From NCBI GenBank assembly GCA_000934665.2, contig KZ538502.1:45847-65846 (forward strand): DNA of 20,000 bases. Reading direction: 5' to 3'. Positions 11,038 to 20,000 of the stretch are shown piece after piece. A program made the translations under genes and the position numbers. The notes under the pieces were generated by a model. It ran no database searches. It was not told the DNA's origin and saw only the letters and a program-made list of their open reading frames with translations. The DNA comes from Catajapyx aquilonaris. Its lineage: Eukaryota. The first letter of the stretch is position 1. Every line of letters begins with the position of its first letter.

Positions 11038-14000
11038 CTGGACGAGAAGAAAATCTTTGTAACCAACTCAACGAGATGATTTATAAATCAGAATGAATTA
11101 GAACTTGTATGCTATTATTTATTAAGTAAAACTAATAGTGGCATTCTCTGTCAATCATCATTACTAATACATCACAATTACCAAAATGTGAATATTAGTG
11201 TCAGGAAATCACACAAAAGCATGGCAAGGCATGTAACAGGAATTTATGTCCTAGGTGAATNNNNNNNNNNNNNNNNNCCCCCCCCCCCCCAATCCAAATT
11301 GGATATATTTTGAGTTAATCTCACATGCCTCTGCATGTACAGTATTTGTGCAGCTTATGCCCCAAACCCACTTGTCTTTCCCCTGAGTAAAGAGCAACAA
11401 TTAATCATCAGCCAGAAATGGTTAAGATATTTTGAGAAGCAACTTCTCTGAAATTGGGGACATGTTCTCCTAGTTTCACATACACTGCAGTACCCTTTTC
11501 ACTGCTTATGTAATGACAGCAGTTTTAAAAGAGATTAAGACACTTAAAACAGCCCCCAACTTTTGTGTAAAAAGTAAGATCTACATTCGATAATTCTGGA
11601 AATGTGAACCAAAGCCAAATTCTAAGTCAAATAAATTTTTATGAAGTAGAACTTCACACTGTCAATAATTATGTGAAACAGGCCTACATGGCTGAACATC
11701 AATAAAGCACAATGGTAAACATTCAGAGCAGCTCATCAGTTTCATCATGCTGAGCATGCATTGTCCCAGTTAACTTCTACATTAGTATGGGTATTCAACC
11801 TTCCTCGCTTCAACAGAATTTACCCTGAAATAATCTTCCAAAGTTGTTCCTAACATCACCGACTCAAGGGAAGTGTGGAATATTGATAAGCATGACAACT
11901 ATCTACGGCTGGTTTCATTAGTTACAACAATCACTTTACCAATCATTGACCAATCCAACCATACGGAACTGATATAATGATTTGGTGTTTTTTCTGATCA
12001 TGCGAGTCAGTTGCTATCACAGAAGGTACCCCCCACAACTTTAACTTTACAAGTCCCAAAAAAGAAATAACAAAAATGCATTGGAAACTGATATATTTTT
12101 GCCTGACTACCATTGGTGGCAGATAAGACCTTAACAATGATATTTTCCATGTACCAATACTGACACTTCATCTATGGTAACATGAATTATGCCTTGAAAG
12201 TCAAAGTAATTACAAAAAAACAGCAATAAAGGGATAAAGAAGTGAAAAGCCAAAGCTGCATGCAAGCAGGAAAATAAAATTGCAACACACGCCCACGAAA
12301 CAAGTTCAACATCTCATTCAAATTCCACAATTGCATGTTAAAGAAGATGGGTAGGTTATTAACAATCTTCTGTACAGAGATTTCAAATCAGGATGGAAAG
12401 TTGTGTTGCCATTTTACCCTCAGATACGCTAACTACAATACCATAAGTATAACCTTTAAACAAAACTTACATCTATCATTAGGGATAAGCAAAATAAAAA
12501 TGTGAATTGATAAAACAGGTAATTTACTGCATGATAAACTGAGGGAGACGATTTCCAGTCAACTCCAGTGGATGCATTCGTCTTCCAGATCTCAACTCCC
12601 AACGCATGTCCTCCTTTCTCTCACTCCCTCTCTTTCTCTCCCTCTCGCCCTGCCTTTTGACTTTGCTTTTGTTTACAAGTGAGGGTGACCGTGTCTCACT
12701 GGAACCCCGGAACTGTAAACACAGGCATGTTGTTGGGTTATTAAAGGGGGGGAAGGTGAGGTGCCAAAAGGTGCAAATAGAAACAACAATAATTTTGAGT
12801 CAAGGAAATACTGGTCATTCTAGTTAACGTCACACTAAATACCTCCAATGTACTCTCAATTTATCTCTCATTACTCCTAATAATCCAATCATTAAATTAG
12901 TTCAACGCAAGAAATGACTAATGCAACACATACTTTCATCCTACACTAAAGAAGACATGCTCATCAAGAGCAATATTTTATTTTGGTGCATCAGACTTCC
13001 AATGCGACAAACTTGTGCATTTCCCATGCCCCCATTTATAGAAGAACGTGCAGAATAAGGAAACAACACACCAAGGTATATTAAATTAAAGCTTCCAGCT
13101 AAATTAAAACAACAAAGCCACAAAACTCTTCTCCTGATTCATCCTATCAGGCTACCTTCGAAACAAAACTCACCTGGAAATGGATCCTTTGAACACTTGC
13201 AGCCCCACATCCTTTCCATTCCCTTCCTTAATGAGACGATCCAGCTCCTCGTAGTTTCTTTCGTCACTCACAAAGCGAAGGTGTAGCTCACACTTGAGAT
13301 GCTCTGCAAGGCTACGGTAAGTCACTCCACAAATTTCGCAATAGCTCCGCTTTGCTGCCTGCACGTTGGCCACCGACACCTGCCGTTGCTGCCGTTGCAG
13401 TTGCTCCTGGTGTTGGTGGCGTCCTTGCTGCCTTGGCGACTTTTTGATGTTGGTAATTCTCTTCTTCCGCTCGGTTACTTGGTTGGCGTCCTCAAACGGT
13501 GAGCTAAGTGACCCAGTCCTCACACGCAGGACAGGCCAACGAACAAGCTCTCTGTAAATTGGTATCTCCTCACAGTCCTCAACCTGTACAAAAAAATATT
13601 AACTTAATGATTATTGTGAATGAGACTAATGAAACCAGATATAATTATCCAAGGAAATGTGTCTTGGCCCTCCGTACCAACATCAGCAAAACGTATGCAC
13701 CTTGTAATCAATATTGCCCTTGTGGTGCACATCATATACTTGCACATCATATACTTGGCTGAACACATCTCATGTTAGATACCCTAGCTATTAAAGACTA
13801 TCATTATTATTGCTAACTCAGCTGCTAATGAGCTTTTCCTCAGTAGGCATCTACTTTTTCTCCCAGGTAGGCACAGCATTTCCCCCCAATAAACACTACA
13901 CCCTTCCTTGGCATGAAATTTACTGAGGGTGTTTCACCAACTCACCAAATTCGATTTAAATTTTCTTCCTCCCTATGGAACATTACACTCACCTTAATGT

Positions 14001-17000
14001 ATGGCACGCTCAGACGTCGGACACTCACAACAGGCAAACGGCGGTTGGCGACAGTATCTGATTTTTGTGGTGATGGCAGTGCCGCCTTCTTCAACCCCGC
14101 AATGTACTCAACAGCCTTTTTAACAGACCATATCTCGGTGCCCCAGCGCTGGGCATTGGCTAGGACATCAGAGGTTCCACGCCTCTTGCTCCGTGCCTGG
14201 TCTAGCATAGCATCCACCCGGCTCCTCAGCTGGCGGACCCCTGCCCCACCATTGGCTCCTGACAAGATCCCTCTGGTTGCTGGGCGGGTAGGTGTAGCAG
14301 GAGAGGCATTGCCTCTCCCAACTGAAGTGCCGCTAAGGCGGCGCTGGTCAGTCACAATGATGTCTATGTCCTTGCTCAGAAATGCTTCAATCACCTGCAA
14401 TCATGACAACTAGCTCAGTCAAACTATAACACTGGTTATTAAGACCTACAGGCTGCAAATATTCCATTTCAATGAAGAAACCCAACTTAAATTCCCACCA
14501 TTTTTAAACATAAAAATACCTTATCATCAGTATTAATATAAAGCACAGGTTGTTGGTATGTCTGTCACGTCACACCTATTTAACCCACTTCCCGAGTCCC
14601 GAGAGCGCTGAAACTTGGCACGCCCATGTCTTACGTTTCGCTGATACCAGGAAAATTTGGCAACAAAGCGCTTTTATATTTTTAAAAAGGCGTGGGGGGC
14701 AATAATTGTCATTTTTGAGGGGAGTTATTTTTTAAAGTTATGAACAAATTTCCGTACTTTCGCGCACGTTCGTCGCCATACTGCATTGCTGCCCTGCTGT
14801 GTACACTGGTAGAGGAAGTTTCTATGTGGAACTCCACAAATCAATATCCTCTCAACAATATCTCAGGTTTCAAGATCCCATGGAGATGACACCATTCATA
14901 TAGGCGGCCTGCCCTGACTTTGACCTTACGTCATCATTTTGTGTACCAACTCCTAGTCAAAGGAAATCTGCCAGAACGCACCCCTGGAACCTCACACTGT
15001 TCAAGTTTCCATGGAGATTCCCTCTTGCAACAATGGGAGTAAATTGAGTAAACACTGACAACAACAGAACCACGAATACCATTGAAAACCGCTGTTTACG
15101 TCCGCATTTACTCCCATTGTTGCAAGAGGGAATCTCCATGGAAACTTGAACAGTGTGAGGTTCCAGGGGTGCGTTCTGGCAGATTTCCTTTGACTAGGAG
15201 TTGGTACACAAAATGATGACGTAGGGTCAAAGTCAGGGCAGGACGCCTATATCACGATTTCATGTCGATGTCTCGCGCCTCTCTCTTTTACACTTCGTAT
15301 CACCGTAAATTCAATGCATCAATAATATATAAAGCCCCTCTCCGTGGATATAGGGGGCTATAGGAGGATAGAAAAGATCTTGCACTTCCCAACGTCGTAC
15401 AGTGCTGGGCATATTAGCCGTCGCTGAATTTTTTTTTTTCGGCGGCGGCGGCGCTGCCGTTACCTGGCAACCCTGTCCAGAGGGCCAATTCAAACATCAG
15501 CCCATGGAGAGCGCTTCCATTGTTGCCACTGTTTACAAATCGAGTGAGTGACCCCAAAATGACTTATTGCTTCTAACATCATTATTTTCCCTGTTTTCTC
15601 CTGCATATCCCTGCAGATACTGTGTAAGCAGGCAGAAGAGACCCGTCGCTGGGTTGTCCGCGTCACTCACTCGATTTGTAAACAGTGGCAACAATGGAAG
15701 CGCTCTCCATGGGCTGATGTTTGAATTGGCCCGCTGGACAGGGTTGCCAGGTAACGCCGCCGCCGAAAAAAAACATTCAGCGACGGCTAATATGTCCAGC
15801 ACTGTACAGGGCTGGGAGTTGGCTCGTTTAAATATAAGAGCTGAACTCACATTAGAAACTCAAAAAGTTGTACTTACAGCCCCAAGTGACTCCAAATCTC
15901 TCGTCAGTGACCTGACATCAGCCTGGCCCTTCACGTCAAGGTAGTAATGCTTTCCTTTCAAAGGCTTCTTCTCAGGAGACTTTTTCACTGCAATGTTAAC
16001 AAGAACATTTTATTAATCAATTGTTTTCTTCATGTTTTCAGTTACAATGTCATGACAACAACATATTTCATTCAAACAAGGATGGGTCATAAGGGTCTTA
16101 ATTACTTGTAAAGTGGGCAACACTGGAAAGAGAACTTCTATCCTAATGCCAATGGGCAGACATTGCAGCTCAATCCTTCATGCACATTGACATTTGCTAC
16201 CAATGTCATCTAAATCCTTGTTACAACACCCCTTGCTATCTCTGGCTTTCACCTCTCAGGCTGAGCTGCAGTAATTATAAATACATTTTACGTTTCATAT
16301 AGGTTCCACACTACAAGGTCTTACGTGGGTGTACTTCCATGAATTAAGAACATGTTGTAGAATTATTCAAGGTGAGTTGTGCCTAACAGTCAATAAAATT
16401 GGTATACAAGATTTTAGAACTGCTTTCCAACCCATATGCATCTATGCCTGACTAGGTAGCTTGTCAACTACAGCCTTTTACCTACCAACCGGCGAGGCCT
16501 CTACTCTTTTTCACACAAGTAATAGTACCTTAAAATATCAAGCAGCTTTGTATGGTAATCACCAGATTACTTCAAGGTCAACTTTTGCAATAAGTCAAAA
16601 TGAACAGTGCCAGAAAACTGTCACCCAATTCCATTATGTGGTAAATTGTTGAAACCCAACCCAACACCCTTATAATAAGCCTACAAAAACTGCTAAGGGC
16701 AAGGCTGTTTCACGAATTCTATGGCAAGTGGGACAGGATATGCATGTTATGAAATTCACAAGTTGCGCAGTGATTGAGTGCCAGTTAAACGCTGAACCTG
16801 ATGGATTTATCGCAGATGGTAAGCAGGCGGCAATGGGGTTGCTATAGGCCTGCAATTCCACCTGCTCATCTCCCACTTCGCTCACCGAACATGTGAAGCA
16901 GCCTCCGTCCGCAAGCGTACTCCGACAATGAACCTCACCTCTATCTCCTTCCTTGAGTCGTACCCACTTCCCATTCACCTTCTGCTTCTTGGAGGGCGAA

Positions 17001-17005
17001 ACCAT
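9177..17005 (-). CDS. chif: Chiffon / DBF4 (Cdc7 activator) with long C-terminal extension
   Basis: Exons: 16939-17005 (MVSPSKKQK..., in-frame TGA upstream), 15878-15987 (PLKGKHYYLDV...LESLGA, motif N), 13993-14394 (VIEAFLSKDIDIIVT...LANAQRWGTEIW...PYIK), 13174-13583 (VEDCEEIPIYRELVRWP, motif M; YCEICGVTYRSLAEHLKCELH, motif C zinc finger), optional 12528-12698/12712, and terminal 9177-11037. All phases join, giving 949 aa without the optional exon. Confidence 0.92.
11261..11277. other. Assembly gap (17 N) followed by poly-C
   Basis: Run of N characters in a chiffon intron. Confidence 0.99.
12528..12712 (-). CDS. chif: Putative optional chiffon exon with two acceptors (12712 and 12698)
   Basis: Purine-rich open frame FRGSSETRSPSLVNKSKVKRQGERERKRGSERKEDMRWELRSGRRMHPLELTGNRLPQFIM. 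Acceptors tgtgtttacag and ggttccag, donor CA|gtaaat. 12528-12698 is 171 nt, phase 2-2. Confidence 0.55.
13174..13583 (-). CDS. chif: chiffon/DBF4 exon: motif M and DBF4-type zinc finger
   Basis: Acceptor ttttttgtacag, donor gtgagt. C-x2-C-x9-H-x5-H finger in SYCEICGVTYRSLAEHLKCELHLRFV..ERNYEELDRLI. Confidence 0.93.
13993..14394 (-). CDS. chif: chiffon/DBF4 exon: second part of the BRCT-like motif N
   Basis: Acceptor attgcag, donor AAG|gtgagt. VIEAFLSKDIDIIVTD, SRVDAML, DVLANAQRWG. Confidence 0.9.
14528..14760 (+). repeat. Possible 5' part of a non-autonomous Helitron-like interspersed repeat
   Basis: Layout tattaatatataaa...gtatgtctgtc...gctgaaacttggcacg resembles arthropod Helitron-derived repeats from memory. 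No 3' hairpin or CTRR end was identified. Confidence 0.3.
14898..15252. mobile_element. Foldback/MITE-like element: 147-bp inverted repeats around a 61-bp spacer
   Basis: Arms 14898-15044 and 15106-15252, with 2 mismatches by eye. Ends are ATATAGGCG...CGCCTATAT (TA/TATA flanks). Confidence 0.88.
15400..15804. mobile_element. MITE with ~145-150-bp TIRs, CAGTG...CACTG ends and TA target-site duplication (Tc1/mariner-like signature)
   Basis: TA|CAGTGCTGG at 15398-15408 and CCAGCACTG|TA at 15796-15806. Arms 15400-15552 and 15662-15804 differ mainly in a (GGC)n/poly-T tract. Confidence 0.88.
15878..15987 (-). CDS. chif: chiffon/DBF4 exon: start of motif N (not in the ORF track)
   Basis: cattgcag|TG AAA AAG...GGG GCT|gtaagt translates to VKKSPEKKPLKGKHYYLDVKGQADVRSLTRDLESLGA. 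Confidence 0.9.
16939..17005 (-). CDS. chif: Probable first coding exon of chiffon (MVSPSKKQKVNGKWVRLKEGDR)
   Basis: ATG in AGGATGG context with an in-frame stop upstream. The phase-1 donor G|gtgagg matches the next exon. SPSKKQKV looks like a CDK site overlapping an NLS. Confidence 0.65.
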
Positions 17006-17397
17006 CCTGGCCGCGGAGGAGCCGCTGCTGCAAATTCAACCAGGCACATTTGCACCAGCGACACCCTCAACAACGCCCCTGCTCAACAACAGTCCAGCCT
17101 CCAATCTGCACAACCACCTTCAACACCCTGTAACAACAACAACAACAAAATATGATGCTGCACTCAGTCTAGCCAACCCAACCCTTAAAAAGTTGGCTCC
17201 CTCAGTAATGCCAACACTAGTTTGCACAACCCACATAAGACTGTTGCTGGGCTCGGCTGGCAACAACAAAGGAGCAGTCTCTGGATTCACACACACAGTC
17301 CCCCCCCTTCCAAGGCTTGTTGTTTACCCCACCGGAAAAACTCCCCAAAACCGCCCACCAGCCGAGGGGGAAGTTGCGAGAAAAACGGTCACAACCC

Positions 17398-17419
17398 TGT
17401 GTGTGTGTGTGTGTGTGTG
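17398..17419. repeat. (GT)n microsatellite
   Basis: tgtgtgtgtgtgtgtgtgtgtg. Confidence 0.9.
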
Positions 17420-17929
17420 ACTAGTTGGGAGGTGGAAGGGTGGGAAAAGAGGCGGCGTTGCCACATCGACCCCAACTCCCAACCGGGGCCATGCGACGTT
17501 GCCCAATCTACACGCTCGATTTAACATGTTGGGACAGGTTATTGCGCCTCCTCTTTTTTTAATAAATATTCAAACGTAATGCACGCGATCGGATAATCCC
17601 AATTCGAACGTGACGTCACCGTATTCTTGCACATGCCAGAATATTATTGCGGTTACTAATACTTGACGTCACAATGCCCGTTCCAAAACAGCAAGTGGGT
17701 CATTAACATTCTGTCTTTTTAAACCAGCAACAACGTCCGTTAGCAGCCCAGCAAGGAGATCAAAGGTCGCAGCCCCTCCCCAGTCTCTGCGCTGGCCCCC
17801 GCCCTGTGAGAAGGCTATTTTGAAATTCCTTGATAGTGGACAGAGCATGGAACGTGGCAACAATGCGTTTCGTCGAACTTGCCCTTTTTTTCTCTCTCTC
17901 TCTCTCCCTCGTCCCTCCCCACTCCGGAC

Positions 17930-18415
17930 CGCCTCCCACTAAAACCAGCCACGGTGGATATGGGGAAAAATGGCAGGCTCGCAACTTCCCGCATCATCGG
18001 GGCTTGGCTCGGCAGCCATTTTCGAACACCACACCACACTCACACTTGATCCCCTGGGGCAGTCCGCCGCCCATGGTCCTCCTGTGGAACAACACACGAC
18101 GGACGCTGCCAACAGCACGCAACAGCAAGCAGTGCGACCAACTCCCTCCCGCTTCACCTCCCACTGCTGCGCGGCACCCCCTGCCTGCTGCTCGTCTCTC
18201 CCGCCCCGATATATCTCCCCTCCCACCGCTCGGTTCCCTGGACACCCGAAGCGAGTCGCTCCCTCAGCTCCACCGACAGCCGCATTCGAACCGGCATCAA
18301 ATGGAAGACTGGCTGGTTCACAAAGAGCCCGCTTGGGGACTCTGCAGTCGGCGCGGCAAACCAATTGGCGATCCTGCTTCCGGTGGAAGTGGAGGAATTT
18401 AAACGATTGGCAATC
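17930..18415 (-). promoter_or_regulatory. GC/CpG-rich putative chiffon promoter and first (5' UTR) exon
   Basis: CpG-rich block. E2F-type TTTGCCGC (minus, 18353-18360), palindromic CCAATTGG (18361-18368), ETS-like CCGGAAG (~18377-18383), second CCAAT at ~18406-18410, candidate donor GTGAGT at 18038-18043. Confidence 0.5.
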
Positions 18416-18488
18416 CTGATGTGGTAGTAGTTGTAATAAAAAATCAACTATTCATGAACAGTATGCTGCGTAAACAAAGAAAACGGGA

Positions 18489-18802
18489 TTAAGCGGCTGG
18501 TGCGATGGCGTTTGGAGGGATGCCGCCTGCTTGTATGACGACGTGGAAGAACTCGTGGTCCTGCTGGTGGAATCCCAGCTTCTCTGGGGTGTCTTCGGGA
18601 GAGACGGGGGCGTCGTTGTACATTAGGAGGACGTAGGGGAGATCGATTCCCTGGAATTTACAACAGATGGGTTCAATGCACTAATTGGGAAAATGGGGGG
18701 AAATGTACGCACCGTCTGAAGGCAATACAACAGGAGGATCCAGCCGAACTTCGTGTCCTTCGCCATGTAGGCGTGTAGATGGTTGCTCTCGTCCAGAAAC
18801 AT
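18489..18802 (-). CDS. Divergent SUMO-like ubiquitin-fold protein with di-glycine motif; 5' exon not identified
   Basis: Exons 18713-18802 and 18489-18650 flank a 62-nt gtgcgt...ttccag intron and give MFLDESNHLHAYMAKDTKFGWILLLYCLQT|GIDLPYVLLMYNDAPVSPEDTPEKLGFHQQDHEFFHVVIQAGG-IPPNAIAPAA*. SUMO-like spacing of T, YC..G, DTP..LG and QxGG. Strong GC3 codon bias. Confidence 0.78.
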
Positions 18803-19783
18803 CTGACCGAAATGAGAATTCAATAAATTATATCTGTATTATCAGGTTCAAATTATTAAAAACCCGAGCACGGGGTTTAAAGCAGACAAACAAAAATAAC
18901 GAATAATAAACAAATAAGGTTCAGATAATTATTAGAAGGTGCCATTTAATTTTATGCCAGAAACACACATACACACTCTAAAGAGTCTAAACCACGGTCA
19001 TATAAGGTCTAAACGTTATTTTTGTGCACTATTTATTTATACGGCATGTAGCGATGCGCTTGACACCAGTGTCGGTGTAGGCTACTGTACAGTAGGCTAC
19101 TTCAGTCGTGGGGGAAAAAAATCCTGTACTTTACGTCATTTCTTCATGTAGCTATACAGTAGTGTACAGCACAGTACTGTAAAGGAACATACAGCATGAA
19201 GTCGCTGATTCCGTTTTAATATGTTTTGCAAGTCTGCCGCCTTCTTAGAACGTGACGAATAAGGCTTCTTAGTAGCCTACTTGTACTAATTGCAGTCATT
19301 TTTTTTAACTGGAATTGATTTGTAAATATGTCTATAGCGAAATCGAATCTATCGATTGTGTTGCCATATATCCCCTTTTAAAAAGTACGCAAGTTGGGTT
19401 AAAGCATTATTGCGTCGCTTTTGGCCTGAAAGTGATATGAGCTGCTAGAAGGGCTGATTTACATATCCCGCGCCATTTAATGATTTCCATGGGAAAAACT
19501 GCTCCGCTACAATGCATGTGTTTACTGCAGCTAGAATTTCTGCATGCGCAGCAACCGCGACGGCGAGGATCAGTATAGTGTCTATCAGTATAGTATTGCC
19601 TACAGTGCATAAAAATAATAATACTATAGTGTGGCTTGGATTTCAGCACAAAAAATATCTATCGTTGTACAATGTTTGTTGTTAGATTTGTGCATGCGTA
19701 GGCCTGTAGGTCGAGATGTATGACCTGAAATGTGCAACCATCAGAGTCACATACAGTAGCCTACAATAATATAATTATGATAA

Positions 19784-19850
19784 AATAATAATAATAATAA
19801 TAATATTAATAATAATAATAATAATGATAATAATAATAATAATAATGATG

Positions 19851-19906
<56 letters not shown>
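19784..19906. repeat. (AAT)n microsatellite, imperfect, about 120 bp
   Basis: Long aataataat tract with a few gat/att interruptions. Confidence 0.97.
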
Positions 19907-20000
19907 CTAATACATATTTCTAGACGTATGTCTGTCTCTCCTGTTATTCGCTATGCAAATCCGTACGGAGGCCCCGACATATACCCCAGGGGTTTCACTA

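Noticed and set aside
13942..13992. ORF extension VSVMFHREEENLNRIW to a second GTGAGT
   Set aside because: The donor at 13993 restores the continuous Dbf4 motif M (PYIK|VED); the later donor is out of phase with the next exon.
15311..15944. ORFs sharing 'KK.SATANM.STV..WE' peptides
   Set aside because: An artefact of translating the two arms of the inverted repeat; not a transposase.
17815..18447. Several overlapping 74-190-aa ORFs on both strands
   Set aside because: Expected from stop-codon scarcity in a GC-rich promoter block; no recognisable domain.
19349..19356. DRE-like TATCGATT
   Set aside because: Only a 7/8 match in AT-rich DNA, with no TSS evidence.
19967..20000. Open frame SETPGVYVGAS with donor gtacgg as a possible upstream exon of the SUMO-like gene
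   Set aside because: It fits phase 0, but 19906-20000 (tctaatacatat...gtatgtctgtct...cgctatgcaaatcc) looks like the start of a Helitron-like repeat. Other phase-0 donors (~18970, ~19190) are equally possible, so it cannot be resolved here.
1..20000. CRISPR arrays, tRNA/rRNA genes or prokaryotic systems
   Set aside because: No regularly spaced direct repeats or RNA-gene signatures were seen; the DNA is intron-containing and eukaryotic.

Overview
This is a eukaryotic window, most likely from an arthropod (many ~60-nt GT-AG introns, and a Chiffon-type Dbf4). It holds three spliced genes in tandem on the minus strand. (1) At 18489-18802 is a small gene that the ORF track splits and misses: a strongly divergent SUMO-like protein with a QAGG di-glycine motif and a 10-aa C-terminal pro-tail. 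(2) At 9177-17005 is a chiffon/DBF4 gene with Dbf4 motifs N, M and C plus a long Chiffon-type C-terminal exon. An optional exon with two competing acceptors could yield either a fused protein or a stop-separated Dbf4 ORF plus C-terminal ORF. (3) At about 1449-6824 are the first 11 coding exons of a DLEC1/CFAP81-like ciliary gene, which probably continues past the left edge. Introns hold a decayed LINE reverse transcriptase, three foldback/MITE-like elements, a possible Helitron-like fragment, microsatellites and a 17-N assembly gap. A second possible Helitron-like start and an (AAT)n tract lie at the right edge. All exon models were built by hand from splice consensus, phase continuity and remembered family motifs, with no database search or RNA data.
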